Positions 24,340-38,099 of a stretch of DNA of 64,000 nucleotides are shown here, piece by piece. This DNA comes from Mobula hypostoma (Eukaryota): contig NC_086106.1 of assembly GCF_963921235.1 (NCBI RefSeq), positions 21,638,001 through 21,702,000 of the forward strand. The letters are read 5' to 3'. The position numbers and the translations under genes are program-made. The notes under the pieces were generated by a model. The model ran no database searches. It was not told where the DNA came from and saw nothing but the letters and a program-made list of their open reading frames with translations. How positions within the stretch are numbered: position 1 is the stretch's first letter; each line of letters starts with the position of its first letter.

Positions 24340-25921
24340 AGGTGCTTGCTGTCTTGAGGAAAATTAAAGTGGATAAATCCCCGGGACATGACAGAGTGTT
24401 CCCTCGGACCTTGAAGGAGACCAGTGTTGAAATTGCGGGGGCCCTGGCAGAAATATTTAAAATGTCGCTGTCTACAGGTGAAGTGCCGGAGGATTGGAGA
24501 GTGGCTCATGTTGTTCCGTTGTTTAAAAAAGGATCGACAAGTAATCCGGGAAATTATAGGCCGGTGAGTTTAACGTCAGTAGTAGGTAAGTTATTGGAGG
24601 GAGTACTAAGAGACAGAATCTGCAAGCATTTGGATAGACAGGGGCTTATTAGGGAGAGTCAACATGGCTTTGTGCGTGGTAGGTAATGTTTGACCAATCT
24701 GTTGGAGTTTTTCGAGGAGGTTACCAGGAAAGTGGATGAAGCGAAGGCAGTGGATATTGTCTACATGGACTTCAGTAAGGCCTTTGACAAGGTCCCGCAT
24801 GGGAGATTAGTTAGGAAAATACAGTCGCTAGGTATACATGGAGAGGTGGTAAATTGGATTGGACATTGGCTCGATGGAAGAAGCCAAAGAGTGGTGGTAG
24901 AGAATTGCTTCTCCGAGTGGAGGCCTGTGACTAGTGGTGTGCCACAGGGATCAGTGCTGGGTCCATTGTTATTTGTCATCTATATCAATGATCTGGATGA
25001 TAATGTGGTAAATTGGATCAGCAAGTTTGCTGATGATACAAAGACTGGAGGTGTAGTAGACAGTGAGGAAGGTTTTCAGAATCTGCAGAGGGACTTGGAC
25101 CAGCTGGAAAAATGGACTGAAGAATGAATGATGGCGTTCGATACTGACAAGTGTGAGATATTGCATGTTGGAAGGGCAAACCAACGGAGAACATACAGGG
25201 TTAATGGTAAGGCACTGAGGAGTGCAGTGGAACAGAGGGATCTGGGAATGCAGATACAAAATTCCCTGAAAGTGTCGTCACAGGTAGATAGGGTCGTAAA
25301 GAGAGCTTTCGGTACATTAACCTTTATTAATCGAAGTATTCAGTATAAGAGCTGGAATGTTATGATGAGGTTGTATAAGGCATTGGTGAGGCCGAATCTG
25401 GAGTATTGAATTCAGTTTTGCTCACCAAATTACAGGAAGGATATAAATAAGGTTGAAAGAGTGCAGAGAAGGTTTACAAGGATGTTGCCGGGACTTGAGA
25501 AACTCAGTTACAGAGAAAGGTGAATAGGTTAGGACTTTATTCCCTGGAGCGTAGAAGAATGAGGGGAGATTTGATAGAGGTATATTAAATTATGATGGGT
25601 ATAGATCGAGTGAATGCAAGCAGGCTTTTTCCACTAAGGCAAGGGGAGGAAAAAAAAGTTTAAAGGGAATATTAGAGGGGGCTGCTTCACACAGAGAGTG
25701 GTGGCAGTATGGAATGAGCTGCCAGACGAGGTGGTAAATGCTGGTTATTTTGTAACATTTGAGAATAAATTGGATAGATACACGGATGGGAGGTGTATGG
25801 AGGTATATGGTCCGTGTGCAGGTCAGTGGGACTAGGCAGAAAATGGTTCGGCACAGCCAAAAAGGGCTAAAAGTCCTGTTTCTGTGCTGTAGTTTCTATG
25901 GTTTCTATGGTTTCTATGGTT
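24340..25921 (+). mobile_element. CR1 (second subfamily) nested in opposite orientation
   Basis: ORFs 24342-24686, 24690-25127 (GVPQGSVLGP, FADD) and 25128-25409; ends in (ggtttctat)3. Confidence 0.92.
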
Positions 25922-26758
25922 AACAGATCCTTGTGGGACACCACTAGTCACAAGCCTCCAATCTGTATGTACTGCCTTCACCACCACCCTCTGCCTTCTG
26001 CAGGCAAGCCAATTCTGAATCCACCTGGCCAAACTTCCCTGGATCTCATGCTTTCTAAATTTCTGAATAAACCGACCTTGTGGAACCTTGTCAAATGCCT
26101 TACTGAACTCCATATATATCACATCCACTGCACTACCCTCAGCTATATGCCTGGTCAGCTCCTCAAAGAACTCTATCCGGCTTGCTAGTCACGATCTGCC
26201 CTTCACAAAGCCATGCTTACTGTCCCTGATCAAACCATGATTCTCTAAATGCCTATAGATCCTATCTCAAATAACCTTTTCCAGCAGCTTTCCCACCACA
26301 GACGTAAGGCTCACTGGTCTATAATTACCCGGACTATCCCTACTACCTATTTTGAACAGGGGAACAACATTCGCGTCCCTCCAATCCTTCGGTACCATTC
26401 CTGTGGACAACGAGGATATAAAGATTCTTGCCAGAGGCTCAGCAATCTCTTCTCTCGCCTCGTGGAGCAGCCTGGGGAATATTCCGTCAGGCCCCGGGGA
26501 CTTATCTTTCCTAATGTACTTTAACAACTCCAACACCTCCTCTCCCTTAATATCAACATGCTCCAGAACATCAACCTCACTCATATTCTCCTCACCATCA
26601 TCAAGTTCCATCTCATTGGTGAATACCGAAGAGAAGTATTCATTGAGGACCTCGCTCACTTCCACAGCCTGCAGGCACATCTTCCCACCTTTATCTCTAA
26701 TCGGTCCTCCCTTCGCTCCTGTCATTCTTTTTTTCTTCACGTAACTGAAGAATGCCTT

Positions 26759-26975
26759 CAAACAACAGGAATTCTGCAGATGCTGGAAATTCAAACAACA
26801 CACTTCAAAGTTGCTTGTGAACGCAGCAGGCCAGGCAACATCTGTAGGAAGAGGTGCAGTCGACGGTTCAGGCCGAGACCCTTGACGAAGGGTCTCGGCC
26901 TGAAACGTCGACTGCACCTCTTCCTAGAGATGCTGCTTGGCCTGCTGCGTTCACCAGCAACTTTGATGTGTGTTA
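26759..26975. mobile_element. Palindromic Penelope-LTR-derived insertion
   Basis: ~85-bp inverted arms (26797-26974); 11-bp TSD AAGAATGCCTT at 26748-26758 and 26976-26986. Confidence 0.85.
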
Positions 26976-29900
26976 AAGAATGCCTTGGGGTTTTCCTTTA
27001 GCCTACTCACCAAGGCCTTCTCATGCCCCCTTCTTGCTCTTCTCAGCCCCTTCTTAAGCTCCCTTCTTGCTTCCCTAAATTCCTCAATAGACCCATCTGA
27101 TCCTTACTTCGTAAATCACATGCATGCTGCCTTCTTCCACCTGACTAGATTTTCCACCTCACTTGTCACCCATGGTTCCTTCACCCTACCATTCTTTATC
27201 TTCCTCACCGGGACAAATTTATCCATTACATCCCGCAAGAGATCTCTAAACAGCGACCACATGTCCATAGTACATCTCCCTGCAAAATCATCATCCCAAT
27301 TCACACCCGCAAGTTCTAGCCATCTAGCCTCATAATTTGCCTTTCCCCAATTAAAAATATTCCTGTCCTCTTTGATTCTATCCTTTTCCATGATAATTAT
27401 AATGGCCAGGGAGCGGTGGTCACTGTCCCCCAACTGCTCACCCACTGAGAGATCTGTAACCTGACCCGGCTAATTACCTAGTACTAGGTCTAGTATTCCA
27501 TTCCCCCTGGTCGGCCTGTCCACATACTGTGGCAGGAATCCATCCTGGACACACTTAACAAACGCTGCCCCATCTAGACCCTTGGAACTAATCAGGTGCC
27601 AATCAATATTAGGGAAGTTAATGTCACCCGTGATAACATCCCTGTTATTTTTACACCTTTCCAAAATCTGCGTCCCAATCTGCTCCTCTGTAACTCTGCT
27701 GCTACCAGGGGGCCTATAGAATACCCCCAGTAGAGTAACTGTTCCCATCCTGTTCCTGCTTTCACCCATATTGACTCAAAAGAGGGTCCTACTACATTAT
27801 CCATCCTTTCTGTATCTGTAATAGTATCTCTGACCAGTATTGTCACCACTCGACCCCTTTTTTCCGCCCTCACTATCCCTTTTAAAGCACTGAAATCCTG
27901 GCATATTGAGAATCCATTCCTGCTCTGGTGCCAGCCAAGTCTCTGTAATGGCAACTACATCATAATTCCATGTATATATCCAAGCTCTCAGTTCATCAAC
28001 TTTGTTCCTGATGCTTCTTGCATTGAGGTACACACATTTCAGCCCTTCTACCTTACTGTCTTTACACCGTTTATTCTGCTTCTCTTTCCTCAAAGCCACT
28101 CTGTATATTAGATTTGGCTTTACTCCATGCACTTCCTTCACTGCTCTATCGCTCTGGGTTCCATCCCCCTCGCAAATTAGTTTAAACCCTCCCGAACCAT
28201 GCTAGCAAACCTACGTGCAAGGATATTGCTCCCCCTGGAGTTCAGGTACAACCCATCCAATCTGTACAGGTCCCACCATCCCCAGAAGAGATTCCGATGA
28301 TCTAAAAATCTAAAACACTGCTCCCTGCACCAGCTCCTCAGCCACGCATTCAACTGTCATATCCTCCAAATTTTACCATCTCTGTCACGTAGCACTGGCA
28401 GCAATCCTGAGAACGTCACCCTTGAGGTCCTGTTCATCAGCCTTCTGCCTAATTCCCGAAACTCACACTTCAGGACCTCATCCCTCTTCTTGCCTATGTC
28501 GCTGGCCCCAACATGCATCACGACTTCTGGTTGCTTTCCCTCTCGTACCAGGATGTCGTGCACCCGGTCAGAGACATCCCGGACCCTGGCACCCGGGAGG
28601 CAACAAACCATGAGGGTGTCCTGTCACGTCCACAAAATCTCCTGTCTGCTCCCCTGACTATAGAGTCTCCAATGACGATAGCTTTCCTCTTCTCCTTCCC
28701 ACCCTTCTGCACCACAGTGTCAGACTCAGTGTACGAGGCCCTGCCACCGTTGCTCACACCTGGTCGGTCGTCCCCGCCAACAGTATCCAGGATGGTAAAC
28801 TTACTATTCAGGGAAATGGCTACAGGGGTGCTCTGCACTACCTGTCTGCTCACCTTCGCTTCCACCTCCGCCGCCCCCCCCCCCGACTGTCACCCAACGA
28901 CCTGCTTCGGACAGCCCAGCTGTGACTACTTCCCTGTAGCTCTCATCTATGACTGCCTCATTCTCCCTTATGAGTCGAAGGTCATCCAGCTGCTGCTCCA
29001 GGTTCCTTACACAGTCTTCCAGATCGCCCAGCCGTATGCACTTCTGGCAGATGTGACTCTGCGGGAGAGAGGATTTCCCCCAAGACTGCCACATCTCACA
29101 TGAGAGGCACATCACTGTCTCAGGAGACATTGTAAAAACTAACTGCGAGCTAGTTTGTCCTCCGCCTCTTCTCGTCGAAGCCTCAAAGCTCCACTCCTTC
29201 ACTGGTCCAATCACGCACTGGTCGCTTCGCTTGAGCTATCCCTTGATTTAGCTGTTTGAGCTTTTCAAAATGTTTGGTCACCTGACCTCGACTGCCCAAT
29301 CAGCTGCTTTCTGCTGAGTCTGAGCTATTCAAATCTGGATTGTCCAATCAACGGCTTTCTGTTGATCTATTCAAATCTTGATTGACTTGATTGCACAGAC
29401 CAACTGCCAAAACTGCCAAAATCTCTGGAGTCAAAGCCTTCCACTCCTTCACTGGCCCACTCACGCACTGGCCGCTTTCCACTTTCCATCTGCCGTTGTC
29501 TTTGGAAATTGCGGTAGCTGGTCTCTATACTGTATTGGTTAGATAACAGAATAATAACAAACCCACGATACCATAGCTTCTGTTTCGACTGAGGGTGTTG
29601 GGGTCCATAGAGTTATTTACACAGGGTTTATCGACTGGAATTGCTGAGTTGCTGATAATGCAGACAAGAGCATAATCTCACTGCTCTTTTTATGTGATTT
29701 CTGCTGAGGAATTCTTGGTGATAAAGCAGTGTAATCTTCATGAATTTTGTAAGCAAGATAGTTGCTGGTGCGATCGCGAGCTTTCGGGTTTCGGGCCCTT
29801 GGTAAATTGATATCGATCGTGAAAATATCCTTGTTTTCTAACAGGTGTCACTCTTGAAGATACAGTTGAACACCCCGAACCTAAAATATCTTTTGAAGTA

Positions 29901-30067
29901 TAAAATAATATCTACTAACTACCACATTGAAAGCCAACACTTCAAACCCAGTTGATATTCGGTGGAGACAGAGCCACTATTGCACTCTACAGCAGGGTTC
30001 CCGAATTAGTTGGCCGCAAGGGCCAAATTATGTCAAGCATGCCAAGCCAAGGGCCAAAACTTCCAGG

Positions 30068-30142
30068 ATTGTTGTTGTTGTTGTTGTTGTTTTTCATTGC
30101 GCCAATAAGTTGTTTTATGGACAGAAGTTGTCGTTGCTATTA

Positions 30143-30179
<37 letters not shown>

Positions 30180-30275
30180 CATCGTCTTCGTCATTATTAT
30201 TATTATTATTATTATTATTAATCTTATTATTAGTAGTAGTACTAGTAGCAGCAGTAGTTGTAATAATAGTTTAGT
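30068..30275. repeat. Compound (TTG)n/(TAT)n/(TAG)n microsatellite
   Basis: Direct reading. Confidence 0.95.
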
Positions 30276-30438
30276 AATAATTAAGTCTGGGATTCTCAAA
30301 GCCTGTGTTGTGTGTCATAATAAAAACAAAAATGCATCCTTGAATCAAAGTAAGTCCAAACCTAACCATTTAATTGCAACTCTAACTATCACAACTGCCA
30401 GCTGTCAAATTGAGAACTCATATGGGACTAAAAATACA

Positions 30439-30440
<2 letters not shown>

Positions 30441-30486
<46 letters not shown>
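30441..30486. repeat. (CA)n microsatellite
   Basis: Direct reading. Confidence 0.95.
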
Positions 30487-30490
<4 letters not shown>

Positions 30491-32329
30491 GTAAACATTG
30501 TAGTCTTTTCTTCACCACTTCTCCTCCACACGAAGAATTTTAGTAGTACTGCCTTTTCCACAGTGTCTGTTCTCTCATTTATTTTTTTTTTAATTTAGCT
30601 ATGTAGTATTTGAAGCATGAAGTGTAGCTATAAATGAAATTACCAGTATTATTGTTGTTGTAATATTATTATACCACAATGAGATTTACAAATGGACAAA
30701 AATAAATTGCTTCACCCACCAATCAGTGTGAGAAATGACAGCGACGGGATGAGGCAATCCTTCGGATGCCGTGCCTGTATTCTGTTGTGGAAATCCTGCG
30801 GGATTGATCAAGATGTGCATTGGAGACTCTGTTTATGTCCTAGTGTTGATAGAGTTCATTTAAGAAAACGATGACTCACATATGTACGTTGAGGGCAACA
30901 GTGTGAGTAGGAGCTTTGCAATAGGTCTCGTGCTTTTGAATTGAGCTTGGGGAACCATGTTGATCAAAATCACTCAAACCAACGTCCCTGTGTTGTGCTG
31001 TGAGCAAATCAGATTATCTCAATTCCAAGACCTCCATCTGAAGAACTTCCTCATCTATGGAAGGCACCAACCTTCTGGCCTCTGCAGTCCACTGGCCGGC
31101 GGCCGAAACGGAGAACGGCTGTCACAGAAAGAGGAGGATGTCACCTGAGAGTTTAGGGGAGCTTTCAAATCGTTCCCTGATTTCCTGCCAGGCTCGTCAA
31201 GAAATCCTTTATCACTGGATCCTCCAGCATTTCGTTCTTCTCTCAATGGTCTCGCAGACGTGGAAAGTCGAAATTTCTCTCGTGAATGACTCTTTCCAAA
31301 ACGATCAGCTTTGACCGGAAGGCTTCAATCGCCTCGTACATGTCCGCGACTGTGTGGTCGCTGTCTAGTCGAGGACCATAGACAGCGCGCAGTACGGGGG
31401 AGTGGTTCAAATGTACGGTGTGGGATGAGGTTAAAATAAGTTAGAACAGCGCGCACTTTATTTACATGTCATGCCAGGTTCGATCACATTAAGTGCTAAT
31501 GGGTTTGGTTCTCCTGGTCCGGACCTGGCCAGTGGTATGGCTATTAGGATTGTGTGCTCTACAGTATCTGAGTCATGTTATTGGAAAGAGCGCAGTGAGA
31601 GACAAGAACATCAATGATCCACTCAGCTATGTTTCGTAAAACTGGTTTGAATACAGAACTGTCGATTCGCACTACTGTGATATATGGCTCCGTCCTGCCT
31701 CTCAATGCAGTGGTCCCTGCACTCGTGGATGTGTACAATTACGTATCTGCAGCGAATTCCCGGAATATACTGGGTTATTTTTGATATGTGATGTTTGTGC
31801 AAGTAGTCAAAAGTGCACCGTGTTCTGTTTTCCATTTGTACTGTCACTCTCAAAAATAATTTTCCATTGGAAGGAATTATCTACTCATTTACTGTATTAA
31901 CCAATATTTAATATCACTGCCGCTTCTAATGGAGCATCTCCTCGAAACTGATCACTCGGGTCAAAATCCTGGATTTCCATATCTCTCTGTGCTAATTGTC
32001 GATGTCGTCACTTCCAGATACCAGCCGGTAAGAAATTGCATCTGAAATTATTCTACACTCACCATCAGCAGCAGTGCACCAGACGTCTGTGCGTTTCTTT
32101 GTTGCATTACCAAATATATACCCCGTAATAGTTGCGTGGCTAAGGGTTTCGAGAATACCGTATTTAAGACTACTGATGAAGCCACTTAGGTTTGTTAAAC
32201 TAAAAGTGGTTACGAACAGCAAATAAAAAAGCACTTGAAATTACGATTGAATAGTACCGCAACAATGAGCTCATGTTGAAGCGAAGAAACCCGGAGTCCA
32301 TGAGAATGCCCATATTAGCAAATGCAAGG

Positions 32330-32900
32330 TAGGAAGACTATACAGCTAAACACGCAAAATTCTGCAAGAGCTCAGGAAGCCACGAAACATCAATAAACAG
32401 AAAAAAAAGTCGGTGTTTAGGGCCGAAACCCATCGGTAAGCGTGAAGGAAAAAAAAAAATAAAAGCTGAGAATTGTGCTTGAAAGGTAAGGTTGTGGTGG
32501 TGGGGGGAGAAACACGAGGCGATAGGTGAACATCAAAGCGGGGGGGAGGTGGAGATGAAGCAAGGAGCTAGAAAGTTGACTATTTAAAGAGGCTGAAAGC
32601 CCTGGAAGGAAAGAAAAAAGTGGGTGGAAGGGTGTTGTGATGGGGCAACAGCTGGAGCCTAAGGGCGGCAAGGGGATACTATGGCAGAGGGGGAAAAAAG
32701 AGAGAAAAAAAAAACGATGACAAATGGTGAAGAGGGTCGGTGATGGGAACCATTATTGGACATTTGAGAATTTGATGCTCCTGCCATCAAGTTCGAGGCT
32801 AGCCGAAAGGAATATAAGGTGTTGTTCCTCCAATCTAAGTGTGGCCTGTTCACGACAGTGTAGGACGCTATGAATGGTCATATCGGAATGCGAATGAGAG
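32330..32900 (-). mobile_element. Penelope-like 3' end/LTR
   Basis: ORF 32659-32853 region corresponds to the PLE C-terminus (LRLEEQHLIFRL-like frame), followed by a pyrimidine-rich LTR and a degenerate hammerhead motif. Confidence 0.7.
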
Positions 32901-33339
32901 ATGGATGTCCACTGATAGACACTCCACCTATGAGTCTGCTGTGCTCATATAGTACTGGTGTGGCCAGATGTATATTGGTGAGTTGCGACGTCGTTTGGCA
33001 GATGGATTTGTCGGACATTTTCTTCTGCTCGCCAGAACAAGCGGCACTGCCAGTTCTGTGACGGTGAAAGTTTGAGAAAAAGATGAGATGCAAGTGAGGC
33101 AAAGTCGCTGGTAGAGGTACGGAAATTCTTCACTTGAATAAGGAGAAAATATGTGTTGTTCTGTAATGGAAAGCTTCAGCCGTAGACACTTTCGGAGAAA
33201 CTCAGTAAAGTGAATATTATGTTTATAAGCGACAGCACGGGGATGTACTGAAAAGATAGCTGCCAGTCCACTAGGTTTACGAAAGGTGGATGTAGAGAAC
33301 AATTCTCCAGTGATCGGAACAGAGAGATGGAGAAATGGT

Positions 33340-33900
33340 AAATTTGCCAGACAGTAGTCTTCCAGTTCGCATTGTATACATACTTCAGCTCCAATGTTAT
33401 CATGATGAGGCCGCTCTCAGACTGTCGGAGCAACGTTTTATATTCTGTCGTGGTTGCCTTTATCCTTATTACATAAACATTGATAACTCATTTATTCATT
33501 GTCCTGCCTCTCTCCTTGTTTTATTCAGCACTCCAAAGCCAGCCTTCGCTTTTCTTAACTTAGTCATCACCATTCTCTTGTGACCCGGGTCGTCCTCTTA
33601 TTCCCATGGTTCACTGGCGTCTCCTTGCAGATTACTTTGTCTTCCGGCTGTTTCGTTTTTGACTCATCACCTGACAGCTGCTCATTTAGTTTTCTTTTCT
33701 TCTTCCCCACCTTCAACTTGGTCTCGTTTATCATGTAATCTGTCACATTGCACGCCTTCCCCTCACAGATTATAATTATCTGGTCTATACGTCCTTCCCT
33801 TCCGCCTGTAAAAGTCGACTTCCCAAAATATAAACTATATATTCCTCTCTATAGATGCTACTCAACCTGCTGAATTCCTCACGCACTTTGCGTGTGTTCC
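33340..33900 (+). mobile_element. Old Penelope-like 3' end
   Basis: ORF 33335-33583 HDEAALRLSEQRFIFCRG..YPYYINID. Confidence 0.65.
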
Positions 33901-36900
33901 TCTAGACTGCAGTATATAAATAATCTCTTGTGGTCATTTGATAATAAATTAGCGTTTGACTTTAATCTCCTCTGCCTGAAATACGAGAAATGAATACGAC
34001 CTGCAAGTTCACAAGGTGATGAGAGGATGTTTCACGGGCCTTGTTCAGACTTCCTTGTTATGACCGCTGGCATGACCAATAGTTTGCTAACTGACACAGA
34101 AGAGACGGTTTCGAATAACCGCATTGAACATTTATCTCAGACATAGAGTAAAGCATTCTACCAGACATCTAAATCACCCTAATTTGAACACATTGCGACA
34201 CTACATATTTTGTTATACTTCAAATTACCAGGTGCTTCATAAAGTCTCCGGATGTGCACAACTAAACAGCTAAGCGTTCAAAAGATACTTAGGTCACTGT
34301 GTGCATGGGTCCTCCTATATCCGAAGTATCCTTTTCAAATGGCACTTTACAACTATTCGTGACCTCAGTGTGAAGTTGAGCCCATGATGAGAAAGTAAAG
34401 CAAGCGAGTCCCTTGCACGTGCTATTCTTATATCCCCGAGTCGCCAGGAACCGAACAGTAGAGCCATAACGAGCTGGGAAACCAAAGGGAATTATGCGCT
34501 GCAAACATATAAAAGATAAACCAATCAACAACCGGCACAGTAGAAACGGCATTAAACTGGCAATTAAACTAACCTTTCAAGTTGCAATTCCTGAATAAAT
34601 TGGAAAGGTCCACAGAAGGGATTGTCTCATACGAGTTGCATTTGCATTTCGTTCGATGCTGGTACATAGCGCACTTGATTGTCGCTATCCTGAGCATGAT
34701 AATGAGACTGTGGGAATGGATGAACATTGCGTTGAAATCCATATCAAAGCATAAAACTTAGATACAGTCTTCAAAAATCCATGTTGAAGCCAATTACCTC
34801 TTCAGCCTTGAACGCATTGTTAGAGAAGGTGGATGAAGATGATCAAACATAGCCATTGGAACTCTTCCAGATAAAGATTTCCCAACCCAGTTTCCACAGA
34901 CCCCTTGATCATTACTGTTGCTCCATGGCATAAAACGGGAGTATATGCCCTTGTTCTAGATAGCTGCATGTTTACAAATGGAAGGTTATAGGCAAAATTG
35001 CGCATTATGAATGCTGGAAAGGTTTAGAGCATTAAGCGTCTTGAATTAGGTCCTGTAGGCATTAGTGTCATCTGACCATCTTCTGAAATCTACATTTCCA
35101 ATTTTCTAGCTTATATTTACTCGTTGCACCTCAGGAGTATTTTGTAAATTTGCCTTGATGCTATTCAAATAACTAATCACCTGAGTTTCAAAAGAGTCAT
35201 TTCTGCAGATTTTGAACACTAAGATACACAAACCAGAACAAAAAAAAAATCGCAATAGAAATAAATTTACATTATAAATGGCGATCTGATATCTCGATAT
35301 ATGAAAAGGACAGCATTTTCGAAGCAGATTCAATATTAGTTTTGTTCACATCCTTTGCCTCTATGTTTAATTGGTGGTGAGCGGACGATTTGAGGCGAAA
35401 TGTCGGTGAAAATAAAATCATATTATGTTCATTTTTTGTACTTATCGTTCTACGAATCCAACCACAGCCAGATCCTCAAACCATTGGATTCATAACTTAA
35501 ACCGTTCTAGGTCTGCACTCGAAAATAACACAGTACAGACTTTCAGGGTACACTTCAAGCGAGCTAACGGGTTTTCTCCGTGTACTCCCTCTCGTGGCTT
35601 GCGGTTTCGAAATGTACCAGGTTAGATAAAGGATCTTCAATGTGTAGTAAATTAATCTACATGAATCAGTGATCATAATATGATAGAAGTATAGCAGTCA
35701 ATTAAATGTAACTGGAAGGATATTCCTTATGTTCATTGCAGTAAATGTGGTCGGGATGGTTGACGCAAAAGACAATCCTGGATTTGGTTTTGTGAAATGA
35801 GATAGATTTGATGAAATCTGATGTATAAGATTGCTTGTGCTGTTTTTTCCTTAGATTATGAAGACACGCAGTCCTCTTTTTATTGTCATTTAATAATGCA
35901 TGTATTAAGAAATGATACTATATTTCCTCCGCTGTGATATCACAAAACACAGGACAGACCAAGTCTGAGAAAAACAAACAAAACGACATAATTATAACAT
36001 ATAGTTACAACAGTGCAACAATTCCATACTTGATGAAGAACAGCCATGAGCACAGTAAAAAAAGTTCAGTCTCATAGACTTTAAAGGGAGAAAAGCAGTC
36101 TTATGAGAATGATCCTAGAGATGAAAGACTTATCGTATGTGGAGCATTTTATGGCTTGCTGAAGTAGAACACTGATGCTAATCTCATCGTAATGTAACGC
36201 ATATAATACTTCCAGTAGCGGCAAAGTGGAGCCTCAGAGAGAGAAAACTTCAGAAAAGAAATGCATTCCGTACATTAAAGAGGAAACTTAATGGGAGATT
36301 GCGACTGTGTTGCACTCCTTGCCACACACTATTGTGGAGCACTCTTACAATACACTCCAAGCAGCAGTAAATATCTTCTTAAATCGTAAGTATGTCGTAC
36401 TTTAGAGGGAGCCGCCAGGAGAATATAGTTTAGATTTTCTAATAAATAGAGAGCAAAGTGGCAGAACCAATGTCGAGAGGTCACGTAGCTCAATACTTCT
36501 CCTGTGGTCTTATAGTCATCTCCTGTATATAACTCTGAAACATGCTTTAACGTACTATAGTATCTCTATTAGTTCGATGAACAGCCTCACACGCACATAA
36601 TTAATAATTAGATATACTCAATAAATACTGAGGGCTGGAGGTCTGAGCAGGTGATGTTTGTGTAGAAATTCTGAACTTTGGAGGGTTGTTTATGTTCCAA
36701 TTTAATACTTATTTGCGGCTGAGTTCAATGGCTTCCACGCATTGCAGGAAAGATCGGGCGTGAATGTTTGGAGAGCTCTTAACCCCTAATATGCCGTTCT
36801 GTATGATTTTGCTGCTTGATCATCCATTCTCGGATGCGGTCTCTAATAGCAGCGGTGATCAGCAGCACATAAATGCAAAAACACGCTGGAAGCCTTGTGG

Positions 36901-37169
36901 CGTTCATCGCGCAGGTGACCAGGCATGGACTCCACGGGACATTGGAAGAGACCAGGCCTGGTGCGCTATAAGATGGACGTTATTATGCCCGGATTTAAGG
37001 ATTTAGAAATGCCCCTTAAGTAAATGTTTCGGGATCCTCACTCTTTTTGACGTTAACAATTACTTTGCCATTTGTGTAATGTCTTGGATGTGAAAGTAAA
37101 GAAGTATAGACAGTTTGTAGGGGTGGGTGAAAAATGAAACACTGTTATTAAAACGAAAAAAAAATGGCA

Positions 37170-37440
37170 ATAACGAACATCAGCAGATAGCACTTGATAG
37201 CTGAATGCAACGTCATTAGGAGGATTCTCGGCGGTGCAGATGTACGGAGGAGTCTCGGCATCCACATCAGTACATTCATCATTGCTACAACTCAAATGTG
37301 TATAAGAAATAAGATGGTGTGCCGTCCTTCATTTGACGGGATATTGATTTTAACAGACACGAGAAGATCCTTTTGCTCAGCAAAGATCCGTTTATGCAAC
37401 ACTCTGATAAGTATGCTAATTTCTGTCCGTCTCATCACTC
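37170..37440 (-). pseudogene. Decayed I-set/C2 Ig domain B, cassette 2
   Basis: ECCINGS...DVDAETPPYICTAENPPNDVAFSYQVL (ORF 37053-37295). Confidence 0.5.
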
Positions 37441-37548
37441 GGTTCAGTGAGGGAGCTCAGAATAGTTACCATGAAGCCTCGTAGATTAGACAATGCCTTA
37501 AGTGGATTTTTTGAGCAAAATAGAGCTTTTTGATTTAGACTGGCGCTG

Positions 37549-37775
37549 GTCTACAGTCAACTTAATAGAATTGTGTAAGATTATGAAATGCATAGACAGT
37601 ATATTTCCCCCCAGGGCGTTAGGGTCAAACACAATTATTCTTCCTTTTATGGTGACTGGCCAGAAATATTGCGTAGCTATCAGAAGTGTTGTTGTTGTTG
37701 TTGTTGTTGTTTCCACACTGAATTGTGGATGCCTGGAGCTCCATACTGGAAATGGTAGAAGATTCAGGAGGATAT
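37549..37775 (-). pseudogene. Decayed I-set/C2 Ig domain A, cassette 2
   Basis: ESSTISSMELQAS..VWK...GKYTVYAFHNL..NSIKLTVD across frameshifts; interrupted by (AAC)n. Confidence 0.4.
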
Positions 37776-38099
37776 TTTAAAATATACTATTTTAATGTCG
37801 ACAACAAATTGAGGTTTATTGTCTTTGTATGAGGGAATGTTTGGCGAGATAGTTTAGTTGCTCTAAATTTATTAACAGAGCAACATGTGACAAAGTATCC
37901 GCAGTGTGTTGTCCTCTTTGATTTTGTTTGTTTTATGTTCCATGATATGGCGAAAGGCAGATAATCCATCGTTTTATTGTTTACTACCTCTAACAGCTTT
38001 ATCACAATTGTGTCCTTTTGTCATGTTATGGACATTTCATTTCCCGTAGGAACTCCTAATACTCTTGTGCAGGACTTGGGGAACGCTAATGCCCCGCCC

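Larger units (their letters stand above)
23385..29460 (-). mobile_element. Near full-length CR1 LINE (tail, RT, APE, ORF1, 5'UTR) carrying two nested insertions
   Basis: ORFs 23642-24019, 26267-26917, 27797-28141 (YLNARSIRNK), 28357-28865 (SGNH-like GDSIVRG, CLPGARV) and 28804-29214 (CLSCEMWQ). Confidence 0.92.
29992..31420 (-). mobile_element. hAT (Charlie/GTF2IRD2-like) DNA transposon remnant
   Basis: Minus strand 30715-31400 reads DHTVADMYEAIEAFRSKL...PSTYICESSFS (hAT dimerisation domain); cagggttccc TIR-like end at ~29992. Confidence 0.75.

Noticed and set aside
29927-30299. Poly-Leu/Tyr/Ile ORFs
   Set aside because: Translations of trinucleotide microsatellites.
30310-30430. IATLTITTA resembling a V E-strand
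   Set aside because: Lies inside the hAT element; no D-x-A-x-Y-x-C motif.
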